64,000 nt of DNA from Nitrospirota bacterium. Lineage in GTDB: Bacteria > Nitrospirota > UBA9217. Location of the stretch: NCBI GenBank assembly GCA_963705595.1, contig CAVPKD010000004.1:67111-131110 (forward strand), read 5' to 3'. The position numbers and the translations under genes are program-made. The notes under the pieces are model-generated. The model was not told the DNA's origin. It worked only from the letters and a program-made list of their open reading frames with translations, and searched no databases. Shown piece after piece: positions 51,465 to 60,315 of this stretch; within the stretch, counting starts at the first letter, position 1, and the number at the start of each line of letters is the position of its first letter.

Positions 51465-52461
51465 ACATTTGATTTCCCGCAGGAACTTCGCCGCTTCCTC
51501 CGGCGGCGTGGGATTGATGTAGAACCCGGACCCCCATTCGAAACCCGCCACGTTCGTCAGCTTGGGCATGAGCTCGATGTGCCAGTGATAGTAATCGTTG
51601 CTGTTCATCCTTGAACGGAGAGGTGTGGATCACGTAATTGTAGGGAGGGTTCGAGAGCGCCTTGTCGATCCTCCGCAGGATGTTCTGCAGGAGGCCGGCC
51701 AGGTCCTTGATAGTCCTCTTTCGAGGAGCAGGCGTAGCAGGAGAGGTGTTTCTTGGGCAGTGATCCATGTCTCGAACGGGAAGCGGGGGGCGTAGGGCGC
51801 GAGGGCGATGAAGAGCGGTGTCTCGAGCACCACGCGCGTCCCGGTCTGCATCTCCTGCCGGATGATGTCGCAGAAGATGCAGCGCTCCTTGAGGTCGTAG
51901 TGACGTCTTGCACCCGTCGATCTCCTCCTGCACCTGGATCGGCACGATCGGCAGGGCGATGAGCTGAGAATGCGTGTGCTCGAGCGTTGCGCCGGCCGAG
52001 AGGCCTTCGTTCTTGAAGATGAGGGTATACTGGAAGCGGGTGTCCTTTTTCAGGTCCTCCATACGGTCCCGGTAGGCCCAGAGCACCTCCTCCATCGCCT
52101 TCTGCGGGAGGGTCGCGAGCGTGGCATTGTGGTCCGGGCTTTCGATGATCACCTCGTGGGCGCCGATGCCGTTCATCTTGTCGAAGATGCCCTCGCCCTG
52201 CTTGTTCAGGTCGCCCTCGATCTGGAGCGCCGGGAACTTGTTCGGCACGGCCCGGAGCCGCCAGCCCGGCCCGTTGGGCTGACCGTTGTCGCGATAGGCA
52301 AGGATCTCGTTCGGTGTGGTCCGCTCGTTGCCTGCGCAGAAGGGGCAGAAGCCGCCCCGCTTCTTGGTACGCTGGTCCTGGAAGTCCGTGGGCCGCTTTC
52401 CCCGCTCCGACGAGATGATGACCCAGCGGCCGGTGATCGGGTCTTTTCGCAATTCTGGCAT
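51465..52461 (-). pseudogene. galT: Galactose-1-phosphate uridylyltransferase interrupted by about 4 frameshifts. No stop codon before the glgA ATG in the final frame.
   Basis: MPELRKDPITGRWVIIS, CPFCAGNE, LEHTHSQLIALP (HxH active site), ...[35 protein letters not shown] at the start. Confidence 0.8.
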
Positions 52462-52570
52462 ATATACTCCTCTGCTCTTGTCCTCAAACGGTTTAAAAAA
52501 GAATTTAATTATTATAACCATGTTGCTGCCTGTTGTCAAAAGAACTCTTGATGTGTTATGATGATTCACC

Positions 52571-53044
52571 ATGGCTGGGAAAATAAACAGGCTCTCCGTT
52601 ACGCTCGTGAAAATGCTGAAGGCCCAGGGACTTGAGGGACGTCTCCAGGAATACCGCGTATTCGGTCAGTGGGAGAAGGCAGTGGGCAAGGTCATTGCAC
52701 GGCACGCGCAACCATGTTCCCTGCGCGGGAAAAAGATGACACTGGTTGTGGACAGTCCGGCATGGATGCAGCAGCTCTCTCTCCTAAAACCGGAGATCAT
52801 TGAAAAAGTGAACAGGCGTCTGGGGCACAATGCGATCCAGGACATAATGCTTAAGCTCGGCGAAGTAGCGCCACGCACGGGGGAGGCGTCAGAGGACCTC
52901 CCCGTTCGTGAAGACCTCGACCGTGATGAGCGCGAGAAGATAGAATACGCCCTGCAAGACCTGCACGATCCTGAGATCAGGGAAGCCGTAAGGCGGGTCA
53001 TGGAGAAGGATTTTTTAAGGAGGAATAGGCAAGGGAATAAATGA
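52571..53044 (+). CDS. DUF721 (DciA-like) protein
   Basis: 157 aa. WEKAVGKVIARHAQPCSLRGKKMTLVVDSPAWMQQLSLLKPEIIEKVN is the typical DUF721 core. Confidence 0.7.
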   Translation: MAGKINRLSVTLVKMLKAQGLEGRLQEYRVFGQWEKAVGKVIARHAQPCSLRGKKMTLVVDSPAWMQQLSLLKPEIIEKVNRRLGHNAIQDIMLKLGEVAPRTGEASEDLPVREDLDRDEREKIEYALQDLHDPEIREAVRRVMEKDFLRRNRQGNK

Positions 53045-53064
53045 GGTAGGTGTGGGAATTTTTT

Positions 53065-53622
53065 CTAATTCTTCGGGTAAGTAATGATCGTGCCCATGAC
53101 CTTTGCCCAGGGCGTCAGCGTATGAGCTTTGAAGGAACGCGCGCTCATGATGTCGATGACGGTGATCCCTCGGACCAGCAGCGCGTCGCCGATCAGAGAC
53201 CGATGACACCGCCAGGGGACAGCCTCGGCGCACATGATCGCCGTCTTTTTCTTCTGCGCAACAGCAATAAGATCCTCCAGACCCTCCTCAAACTCCGCAG
53301 TTTGTATGTAGTCGGCAAAACCCCGAAAGGAAGCGTTCTCCCATCCCATGTTCGGCGAATCTCTCCGGGGATGGCGCAGTCCCCCGAGCTTTCGTATATG
53401 TTCATAGGCGATACCATTTGCTGGGAAGCTCATTGCCATAGCTTCACTGTTGAATTGAGGGTTATGCCGGGATTTGGGAATGGCTCGCACATCAGCAACA
53501 AGCTCTATGGCATGCGCTTTCAGAATTGCGAGAAATTCCTCTTCGGGACGGGTCGAGTGGCCGATGGTATAAATGACCGGCTTGGTATGGCGGATCGGAT
53601 CATTCTCTCGGGCAATCATCAC
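53065..53622 (-). CDS. DUF488-family protein
   Basis: IYTIGHSTR...LVADVR..P.SR.NPQF...MCAEAVPWRCHRSLIGDAL. 185 aa. Confidence 0.8.
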   Translation of the reverse strand: MMIARENDPIRHTKPVIYTIGHSTRPEEEFLAILKAHAIELVADVRAIPKSRHNPQFNSEAMAMSFPANGIAYEHIRKLGGLRHPRRDSPNMGWENASFRGFADYIQTAEFEEGLEDLIAVAQKKKTAIMCAEAVPWRCHRSLIGDALLVRGITVIDIMSARSFKAHTLTPWAKVMGTIITYPKN

Positions 53623-53841
53623 ACATTATGATCTCCTGTCATTTGTTGCGGCTCTACCACCCTGGAACCGTTTCTGCAAGACTTCTCATCACGGCCCCTG
53701 ATCCTCGCCAGGCGCCAATGGGGTGACGAGCCCGCCGGGAGGCAGAAGCCGCGTTAAAGCCTGCACAACCCGTAGCGCCTGTGATGGATAGCTTTCTGAG
53801 AGTTATCCTTAAGTCCCGCTTTTGTATCATGCGGACTACCG

Positions 53842-54420
53842 TTACAAACCCGGCCGCGGCTGCGTGATGAGTGACATGAATTCCTGCCGGGTCGCCGGGT
53901 TTTCCCGGAACACACCGAGCACCGACGATGTCACGAACATGGAATTCTGCTTCTCAACTCCCCGCATCATCATGCAGAGGTGCCGCGCCTCGATCATGAC
54001 GCCGACGCCGTCGGCATTGATCGAGTCCTTAACCGCATAGGCAATCTGTTCAGTCAATCGTTCCTGTATCTGGAGCCTCCGCGCGTACATGTCCACGAGC
54101 CTTGCCAGCTTGCTGATGCCGAAGACCTTGCCCCTCGGGATGTAGCCGATATGGCAGCGGCCGAAGAAGGGGAGCATGTGGTGCTCGCAGAGGCTGTAGA
54201 CCTCAATGTCCCGCACGATGACCATGCTTGTGGTTTCTTGGGCGAAGCAGGCCTCATTGATCAATTTCTGAATATCGGCTCGATATCCCGATGTGAGGAA
54301 GGTGAGCGCCGAGGCGATCCGTTTTGGTGTGTCGACGAGGCCCTCGCGGTGCGGATCCTCCCCGATTTCTATCAGCAGTTCCCGAACGAGCTTCTGGATG
54401 TTTTCAGTGTTCAGAGCCAT
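53842..54420 (-). CDS. folE: GTP cyclohydrolase I
   Basis: [10 protein letters not shown]..., [25 protein letters not shown]. 192 aa. Confidence 0.9.
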   Translation of the reverse strand: MALNTENIQKLVRELLIEIGEDPHREGLVDTPKRIASALTFLTSGYRADIQKLINEACFAQETTSMVIVRDIEVYSLCEHHMLPFFGRCHIGYIPRGKVFGISKLARLVDMYARRLQIQERLTEQIAYAVKDSINADGVGVMIEARHLCMMMRGVEKQNSMFVTSSVLGVFRENPATRQEFMSLITQPRPGL

Positions 54421-54931
54421 GACGTATCTCCCCCCTCAGTATATCGGTATAAGACTCAAGCGGATTCATCGTTTTTCGCAGCATTGCGGCAGTGATATCC
54501 GCAATGGGTGTCACCGAACCCGGCAGGACCAGATCCGGTGCGAGCTCGTATAGCGCGATGGCGAGAAAGGGCCGCTGGAGAATGTCCGGATCGGGAAGCG
54601 TCAGTTCTTTCCCAGCTATCGTGATGTCGTCGTAAAGGATGAGGTCCAGATCGATCGTGCGCAGCGCAAATTTATCGGAGCCACGCAACCGGCCCAGTGA
54701 GTCTTCGATGCGTCGCAGTACGTTCAACTTCAGGTCAAGAGGAGGAGTCCCGGTCTCGATCTCAAGAACGCAATTATAGTATGGTGGCTGACCGGAATGG
54801 CCAATGGGTTCGGTGAGATAGACGGTGGATGTCGCCAGAATACGCGTCTGTGCCCCGAGCAAGCGCACCGCTTTCTTTACATTGTCCGTGGGGTCGATGT
54901 TCGATCCCACGCTTACGAACGCCCGCGCCAT
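54404..54931 (-). CDS. folK: 2-amino-4-hydroxy-6-hydroxymethyldihydropteridine diphosphokinase
   Basis: [14 protein letters not shown]...TSTVYLTEP...[10 protein letters not shown]...[13 protein letters not shown]. Internal ATG of ORF 54404..55255. Overlaps the folE start by 17 nt. Confidence 0.85.
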   Translation of the reverse strand: MARAFVSVGSNIDPTDNVKKAVRLLGAQTRILATSTVYLTEPIGHSGQPPYYNCVLEIETGTPPLDLKLNVLRRIEDSLGRLRGSDKFALRTIDLDLILYDDITIAGKELTLPDPDILQRPFLAIALYELAPDLVLPGSVTPIADITAAMLRKTMNPLESYTDILRGEIRHGSEH

Positions 54932-54933
54932 GA

Positions 54934-55290
54934 TCAGACCTGCCGTCTTCGTGTGATCTCGACCCCTACGCTTCTCGCAAAACGCAGCGCCGAAGGCTTC
55001 TCGACCCGCACCAGCGCCTCCGTTACGGCCGGATGTTCGAGGCATATGCCGGCTACAGCTTCGGCCAGCGCTTCCACCAGATAAAACCGGGAGTTCTCGA
55101 CTGCTGCCATGATCCGCTTCTTGATATCGCGATAGTCCACGGCGTCCTCGAACCGATCGCTCTTTCCTGCCTTGCTGAGGTCCGTCGAAATCTCCACGTT
55201 GATCACTACGTCCTGCCTGTCGCGCCTCTCTTCGTCGTTCACGCCGATGATGCAACGCACGAGAAGATCACTGATCAGGATGCGGTCCAT
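54934..55290 (-). CDS. folB: Dihydroneopterin aldolase (FolB/FolX family)
   Basis: MDRILISDLLVRCIIGVNDEERRDRQDVVINVEI...DYRDI...LVEALAE. 118 aa. Confidence 0.8.
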   Translation of the reverse strand: MDRILISDLLVRCIIGVNDEERRDRQDVVINVEISTDLSKAGKSDRFEDAVDYRDIKKRIMAAVENSRFYLVEALAEAVAGICLEHPAVTEALVRVEKPSALRFARSVGVEITRRRQV

Positions 55291-56059
55291 TGCCGTCCTC
55301 CAGAAGGTGCCGGCCTCCATCCACAAAGATGACCTGGCCGGTCACAAAATCGCTCTTGAGCAGATAGAGGACCGTGTTTGCGATATCCCCTGGCCCGCCG
55401 TGACGATTGAGCGGCACCGCATTCGATAACTGTTCCAGATAACTCTCGTCTTTTCCCGGCGGCGGGAGGATCAGGCCCGGCGCCACGGCGTTCACCGTGA
55501 TGCCGGGAGCGAATTCGAGCGCGCACATTCTTGTGAGGACCGAGAGCATATGCTTGCTCAGGATATATGCCACGTGCGTCTGATCGTACCCGTGTATTTT
55601 GGTATCAAGAAGATTGATGATTTTGCCACGACCGACAAGCCGGGCAAACTCGCGGCTGATAACGAACGGCGTCCATGCGTTCACCTGCATGTGCCGCGTC
55701 AAGTCTCCGAAACCTAAATCCATGAGCGTGCTTGGGGAAAAAATAGACGCGTTATTAATTACGATGTCGATTGATCCTGCGGTCTTCAGCGCTCGGGCGA
55801 TCAGTGTTTCGTATTCTTCCGGCTTCTCCAGATCAGCGATGACCCTCCATGCCTTCGCTCCGCAGTCGATCACCTCATCGCAGACCTTGATTGTCTCCGG
55901 TTCCAACGCCCGACGGTCGTGAGCCACGATGTGAACGCCCTCTTCGGCCAGTGCAATGGCAATTGCACGGCCTATGCGCCTGCTTGCGCCGGTGACCAGG
56001 GCGATTTTGCCCTGCAAATTATTTTGTACCTCGCGGTGTTCACTGGTAAGCTTCGTCAT
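55268..56059 (-). CDS. Short-chain dehydrogenase/reductase. Pteridine/dihydromonapterin reductase-like by context.
   Basis: ALVTGASRRIGRAIA, NNAS, YILSKHML (YxxxK). 263 aa. Sits inside the pterin operon. Confidence 0.75.
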   Translation of the reverse strand: MTKLTSEHREVQNNLQGKIALVTGASRRIGRAIAIALAEEGVHIVAHDRRALEPETIKVCDEVIDCGAKAWRVIADLEKPEEYETLIARALKTAGSIDIVINNASIFSPSTLMDLGFGDLTRHMQVNAWTPFVISREFARLVGRGKIINLLDTKIHGYDQTHVAYILSKHMLSVLTRMCALEFAPGITVNAVAPGLILPPPGKDESYLEQLSNAVPLNRHGGPGDIANTVLYLLKSDFVTGQVIFVDGGRHLLEDGNGPHPDQ

Positions 56060-56069
56060 GGGCGCATTC

Positions 56070-56405
56070 TCATGGTGTTCGTTGACCCGTCAGCAGGTCT
56101 ATCTTCGCCGCCATAATGAAATCATTCAGCGACAACCCCCCAATCTTGTGCGTTGTCAGGATGAGTCGAACTTTATTGTAGGAGATGAATATATCCGGAT
56201 GGTGGTCCTGATCGTTCGCTACCGATGCCACGTTGTTCACAAAGTCCATGGCCTGCCGGAAATCCTTGAAACGGGATTCCCGCTGAAGGGATTTTTCCGA
56301 CAGCGACCACTGCGGGATCTCTCGTAAAAGTTCCTCTGTCTCTTTATGCGACAAAGGTACGGTACCGGCCTGTACGGGTTTACAGTCCTGCTCTGCAAGT
56401 GTCAT
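56070..56405 (-). CDS. Pterin-4a-carbinolamine dehydratase (PCD/PhhB)
   Basis: F.DF..AMDFVNNVA..A..DHHPDI...YNKV.L.L.TH. 111 aa. Confidence 0.85.
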   Translation of the reverse strand: MTLAEQDCKPVQAGTVPLSHKETEELLREIPQWSLSEKSLQRESRFKDFRQAMDFVNNVASVANDQDHHPDIFISYNKVRLILTTHKIGGLSLNDFIMAAKIDLLTGQRTP

Positions 56406-56604
56406 GTGATTTCACTATTCGCTTTGATGTACGCAACTGTTTTGGACCATGGTGTCACAAAGGATACGGAGAGCTTCACTCGGGGCTTTGAGCTTCTCCG
56501 GGTCCCCGCGATAGATTTGATTTTGTTGAACTCATGCCCGCGCATTCCCCCTGCTAGGCGCGAAGCGTCAGGAGGGGGTTAAGCGGGCAACGTTATTTTA
56601 ATGC

Positions 56605-56633
56605 TTGCTAAACATCAATGTTTGCGATATATT
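56605..56633 (+). promoter_or_regulatory. Possible sigma70 promoter facing into a structured intergenic region
   Basis: TTGCTA (56605-56610), 17 nt, TATATT (56628-56633). Confidence 0.3.
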
Positions 56634-56849
56634 AATAGCAATGATCGCAGCATAAGCCTGCCGGCATTGCCGGGCTGGAATCGTTATCTCGCCGCACGGC
56701 ACGTTGCAGGAGTGCTCGAAGTGTTCGCGCACTCAACGGGATACGCTAAGCGATATCCGAAAACCTAATACTGCATAAATTTTTGTGCCATCCGGTGGCA
56801 GATTTATCTGTAACTAGGCCGGGAACCGGCCGAAGTAACGCACGGGGAG

Positions 56850-56897
56850 ATGGAAATAAGACGCGCTAAAGGAAATACCTTTGCCGCGCATCCGTCT
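56850..56897 (-). terminator. Possible intrinsic terminator for the oxidoreductase gene
   Basis: On the minus strand, AGACGgatGCGCggCAAAGGtatttCCTTTaGCGCGTCT followed by TATTTCC. About 70 nt past the stop at 56967. Confidence 0.4.
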
Positions 56898-56966
56898 TTG
56901 AACCGTGAAACCCCCACTACAATTGTTCCTATGATTTAGTGGCGGGTAGTTCATTCTTCTTGAGTA

Positions 56967-58172
56967 CTAGCGAATTGCCCCGCGCAGCTTCTCCGGCGTC
57001 ATTGTCTCGCCCTTCCGGATAAGCGTACGCGCAGCCTCGACCTTTTCCCAGACGTTGCACATCATTGCGCCTTTGACCTTGCCGTCCTTGAGATAATAGA
57101 TCACCCCGGTGTCGTTTTCTTTCTGCCAGTCGGCGAAGGTCTCGAGCCGCGCATCGACCTCGCCTACGGCCTCGTACCCGAACTCGAAGAGGTCGGAGAA
57201 GAAGTACGGCATATAGGTGAACGGCTCCCGCGCATCGGCCATGTTCCTGCCTGCCCACTTACCCTGGTTCAAAGCATTGTCCCAGTGTTCGATGCGCGTC
57301 TGTTTTCCAAGCGCCTGGTAGGGGAAGAATGCATTGTCACCGGCCGCGTAAATGTCAGGTAGAGAGGTCTGGAGGTACTCGTCTACAATGATCCCGTTGG
57401 CAGTCTGCAGTCCTGCATTTCGGACGAGATCAAGATATGGTGCTATGCCGATACCCACGATAACCATGTCTGATTCGATCTGCTTGCCGCTCAGTGTGTA
57501 CGTAGTAAACTTGTTTGCATTTTTTGAGAAAACCGATGGTTGCTCATTGGCAAGAATTTTTATGCCGCGTGAACGGTACTGGTCCTGAATCGCCCGCCCC
57601 AGGTATTCAGGGAATACCCGGTTCACGAGGTAGGGATCGGGAAATATCATGGTTACGTCAATTTTGTTTATGTTGAGCGCTGCAGCGATCTCGGACCCGA
57701 TGAATCCGCCACCGATGACCACGGCAGACTTTCCCGCTGATGCCTCTTGCCGTATCCGCAAGTAATCATCGAGGTAGCGATAATAGCAGATCCCTTCGAG
57801 ATTTCCTCCGGGGATGGGCAGAGTTCGCGGGAATCCTCCCGTAGCCAGAAGCAGCTTTTTGAAGCCATACATATTGTCTTTATGGTCAACCACAATCTTT
57901 TTTAGGGCATCAAGCGAGGTCACCATCGTCCCGGTCTTCACGGTGATCCCGTTCTGGTCGTAGAACTTCTCATCGTGAAGGAATATCTCTTCAACTTTTT
58001 TCTTCCCAAACCACAGTTTTTTGGAAAGAGGTGGACGGTCGTAGGGCGGGTGCTTTTCGCCGGCGATCAGAAGAATCGAACCCTTTTTGTCGAGCTCTCT
58101 AATCCCCTCTATGGCCGATGTCCCTGCCAGTCCTCCCCCGACGATGACATACATGAATGGCTGTTCCGCCAT
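56967..58172 (-). CDS. FAD/NAD(P)-dependent pyridine nucleotide-disulfide oxidoreductase family protein (AIF/ferredoxin-reductase-like)
   Basis: VIVGGGLAGTSA and VVIGGGFIGSEIAA dinucleotide folds. AAGD motif. AGGAGG RBS. 401 aa. Confidence 0.8.
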   Translation of the reverse strand: MAEQPFMYVIVGGGLAGTSAIEGIRELDKKGSILLIAGEKHPPYDRPPLSKKLWFGKKKVEEIFLHDEKFYDQNGITVKTGTMVTSLDALKKIVVDHKDNMYGFKKLLLATGGFPRTLPIPGGNLEGICYYRYLDDYLRIRQEASAGKSAVVIGGGFIGSEIAAALNINKIDVTMIFPDPYLVNRVFPEYLGRAIQDQYRSRGIKILANEQPSVFSKNANKFTTYTLSGKQIESDMVIVGIGIAPYLDLVRNAGLQTANGIIVDEYLQTSLPDIYAAGDNAFFPYQALGKQTRIEHWDNALNQGKWAGRNMADAREPFTYMPYFFSDLFEFGYEAVGEVDARLETFADWQKENDTGVIYYLKDGKVKGAMMCNVWEKVEAARTLIRKGETMTPEKLRGAIR

Positions 58173-58301
58173 GGGAAATCCTCCTTTTATATTGCGCTGG
58201 TAAACAACGCTGAGCAGTATCAGTTAGTGACATGCACGGGAGAAGTTTCAACCAGATATCAGGAACTCATGCTTAGCATTATATCATAGTTGCATGGAGG
58301 T

Positions 58302-59033
58302 TTACTGAAGACCGTAGATATGGCGCATCTCTTCGGTATATCCGCTGCCTGCATCATGTACAATGAGCGGTGGCAAGACCTCGAGGCCAATGCCCGCGGA
58401 CCTCACAGCTTCGATCAAAACCAATGAAGCAGGTTTTCCGTAGTAAGGATGTACGAGCCGTACGCGTTTCGGTTCCAGCCGGTGCATGCGGAGCGAAGAG
58501 ATAAGCTCGGAGAGCCTATCGGCAGGAAAGATGAGGAAGTATCTTCCCCTATTCTTGAGAAATATCCGAAGATCAAGCCAGGTAGCGATATCCGTCCCCC
58601 TGTCATGGCGTGACAACAATCGTTCTGAACGGGGGCTCTGTCTACCGGCACCGCTCCTGGTATATGGTGCATTGGCAACGATGACATCGAATGTTGAAGT
58701 CTTCAACTCTCCCTTCAAGGCCCTGATATCCCGGTCGAGCAGGATTATATGGTCATCGAGCCCATTATCAATAATGTTCTGGCGGCAAAGATCAGCTAAG
58801 GCAGTCTGTATTTCAACGGCCGTGATTCTTACGTGAGGGTATTTTTTGGCGAGGAGCAGGGAAATGATTCCGGTTCCCGTTCCTGGTTCGAGTATCCTAT
58901 CACGGGTTTTTATGCGGCAGAAGTCCGCAAGGAGAATGCTATCGAGGGTGAACCGGTGTCCTTTCTTCTGCTGGACGATGGTTACGACACCGGCGCCTTG
59001 CAGGGAAATGCTGTCACGGGTTACGGTTCTCAC
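58302..59033 (-). CDS. Class I SAM-dependent methyltransferase, tRNA1(Val) m6A37 (TrmN6/YfiC)-like
   Basis: ILEPGTGTGIISLLLA. VIVANAPY is a variant of the NPPY motif. GTG start at 59033 chosen because it overlaps the thioesterase stop (GTGA). The ORF track extends to 59111. Confidence 0.7.
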   Translation of the reverse strand: MRTVTRDSISLQGAGVVTIVQQKKGHRFTLDSILLADFCRIKTRDRILEPGTGTGIISLLLAKKYPHVRITAVEIQTALADLCRQNIIDNGLDDHIILLDRDIRALKGELKTSTFDVIVANAPYTRSGAGRQSPRSERLLSRHDRGTDIATWLDLRIFLKNRGRYFLIFPADRLSELISSLRMHRLEPKRVRLVHPYYGKPASLVLIEAVRSAGIGLEVLPPLIVHDAGSGYTEEMRHIYGLQ

Positions 59034-59422
59034 TTCACCTTTCCCACATACTCCTCGGGCAGGCGTTTGGGCTTCCCGTCCTTGTCGACGTAGACGACCT
59101 TTGCCCTGCATTCAACTATGAGTCTGCCCGATGTCTTTTCCTTCATGGTGTGGTTAAAGACCATGGTGACTCGGGAGATGTCCGAAACCCAGGTCTCGAT
59201 CTCGAGCGTGTCCGCGTACCGCGCCGGAGCCCGGTAGTCAATCTCGGCCCGAAGCACCATGAATACGGTCCCCTCGTCCATGAGCTTCTTGACCGAATAG
59301 CCGCGGCTTGCCAGATATTCGGTCCTCGCCCGCTCCATGTACCGCAGGTAGTTTGCGTAATACACCACACCACCACAGTCTGTGTCTTCGTAATAAATCC
59401 TTATGTCCATGAAGTGATTCAT
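59030..59422 (-). CDS. YbgC/4HBT-family acyl-CoA thioesterase
   Basis: IRIYYEDTDCGGVVYYANYLRYMERARTEYL. 130 aa. Confidence 0.85.
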   Translation of the reverse strand: MNHFMDIRIYYEDTDCGGVVYYANYLRYMERARTEYLASRGYSVKKLMDEGTVFMVLRAEIDYRAPARYADTLEIETWVSDISRVTMVFNHTMKEKTSGRLIVECRAKVVYVDKDGKPKRLPEEYVGKVK

Positions 59423-59649
59423 AATAAAAACAGTTTAGAATATTTATGTAATTTTGTCGAGGGGAAAGCGATGGACAAGGTCGAAGGCAGATCGAGGCGG
59501 GAATCAAAACTATCTGAAGCAATGGAATGACTTCGACAGCTAGAGTTTCAAGTGGAGAAACCATGGGTCTTGGTTAATGACAGCCTATTCATTTAAGTTA
59601 TTCAATATTTTAGAAAGATAATATAATAATAAAGTATTACGTTATACTA

Positions 59650-59682
59650 AAAAATACCCTAAAAATACCCTAAAATAATCCT
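59650..59682 (+). repeat. Three tandem 11-nt units (AAAAATACCCT x2, then AAAATAATCCT)
   Basis: Read directly from the sequence in an AT-rich intergenic region. Confidence 0.5.
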
Positions 59683-59800
59683 TTACTTGGCGCTTATAAT
59701 GAGCTATTTATATATTACTAAAGTATTTGATTGCTGCTCCCACTTATCCCTTAATAATTATCTATCCCGGTTTTTCGAATTTATAACCCTGGCCAGAAAA

Positions 59801-59899
59801 CCCCAGTTTTTTAAAACTGGGGATGAAGGCCGCCCGGAGCGAAGCGGAGGCTAAATCGTCTCTGCTTCTTCACGCGGATACCACGGGCTTTAGCCCGTG
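59801..59899 (+). repeat. Possible third, diverged member (copy C) of the GC-rich hairpin repeat family
   Basis: CCCCAGTTTT-tt-AAAACTGGGG has the same CCCC...tt...GGGG design as 16141-16160. It is followed by ..GAAGGCC.. and GGAGGC, then CACGGGC-ttta-GCCCGTG. The similarity is architectural and the sequence match is weak. Confidence 0.35.
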
Positions 59900-60315
59900 C
59901 GTAGTTCATTAATTGCAATCAGTGTTTCTGCGTTTACAAGAGCCTAACTCACTGTTTTTTTTAATTTATTAAACAGATGCAGGGTGTTTGTTTTTGTCAT
60001 GAAGTGATATTCCTTGATTCTATTAAGGGGAAAAAGCGCTGAGATAGATTGAGCATAGAAACACATAGGATATTGCGTCTACTACTAAAAGCCACTGTGA
60101 TTGATAATCATATAAAGGGCATGGTATGGGCATGAGGAGGGAACGGTAATTAATAACTCGGAGATGGAATAACAAAAAATTGAATAATCCCGGTCCGGGA
60201 AATCGGACTGTAAACACCATGAGCATTTAGAAAAAGTTAAGGCCACGAAACGATTGATGAAATAAAAATTATGTGGTCAGGTTGAAAAAATCTCATCGCC
60301 TGAAGGAGCTGAGCC

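Noticed and set aside
56406-56966. Assignment of the structured spacer to a known RNA class (tmRNA, RNase P, 6S, SRP, THF, ZTP, c-di-GMP, cobalamin)
   Set aside because: None of the conserved cores I can recall are present. There is a superficial ACGCAC...GACGC resemblance to GEMM-I, but it lacks the required pairing. The region is left as unclassified.
59650-59682. Possible CRISPR or other arrayed repeat
   Set aside because: There are only three contiguous 11-nt units with no spacers, and no cas genes are anywhere in the window.
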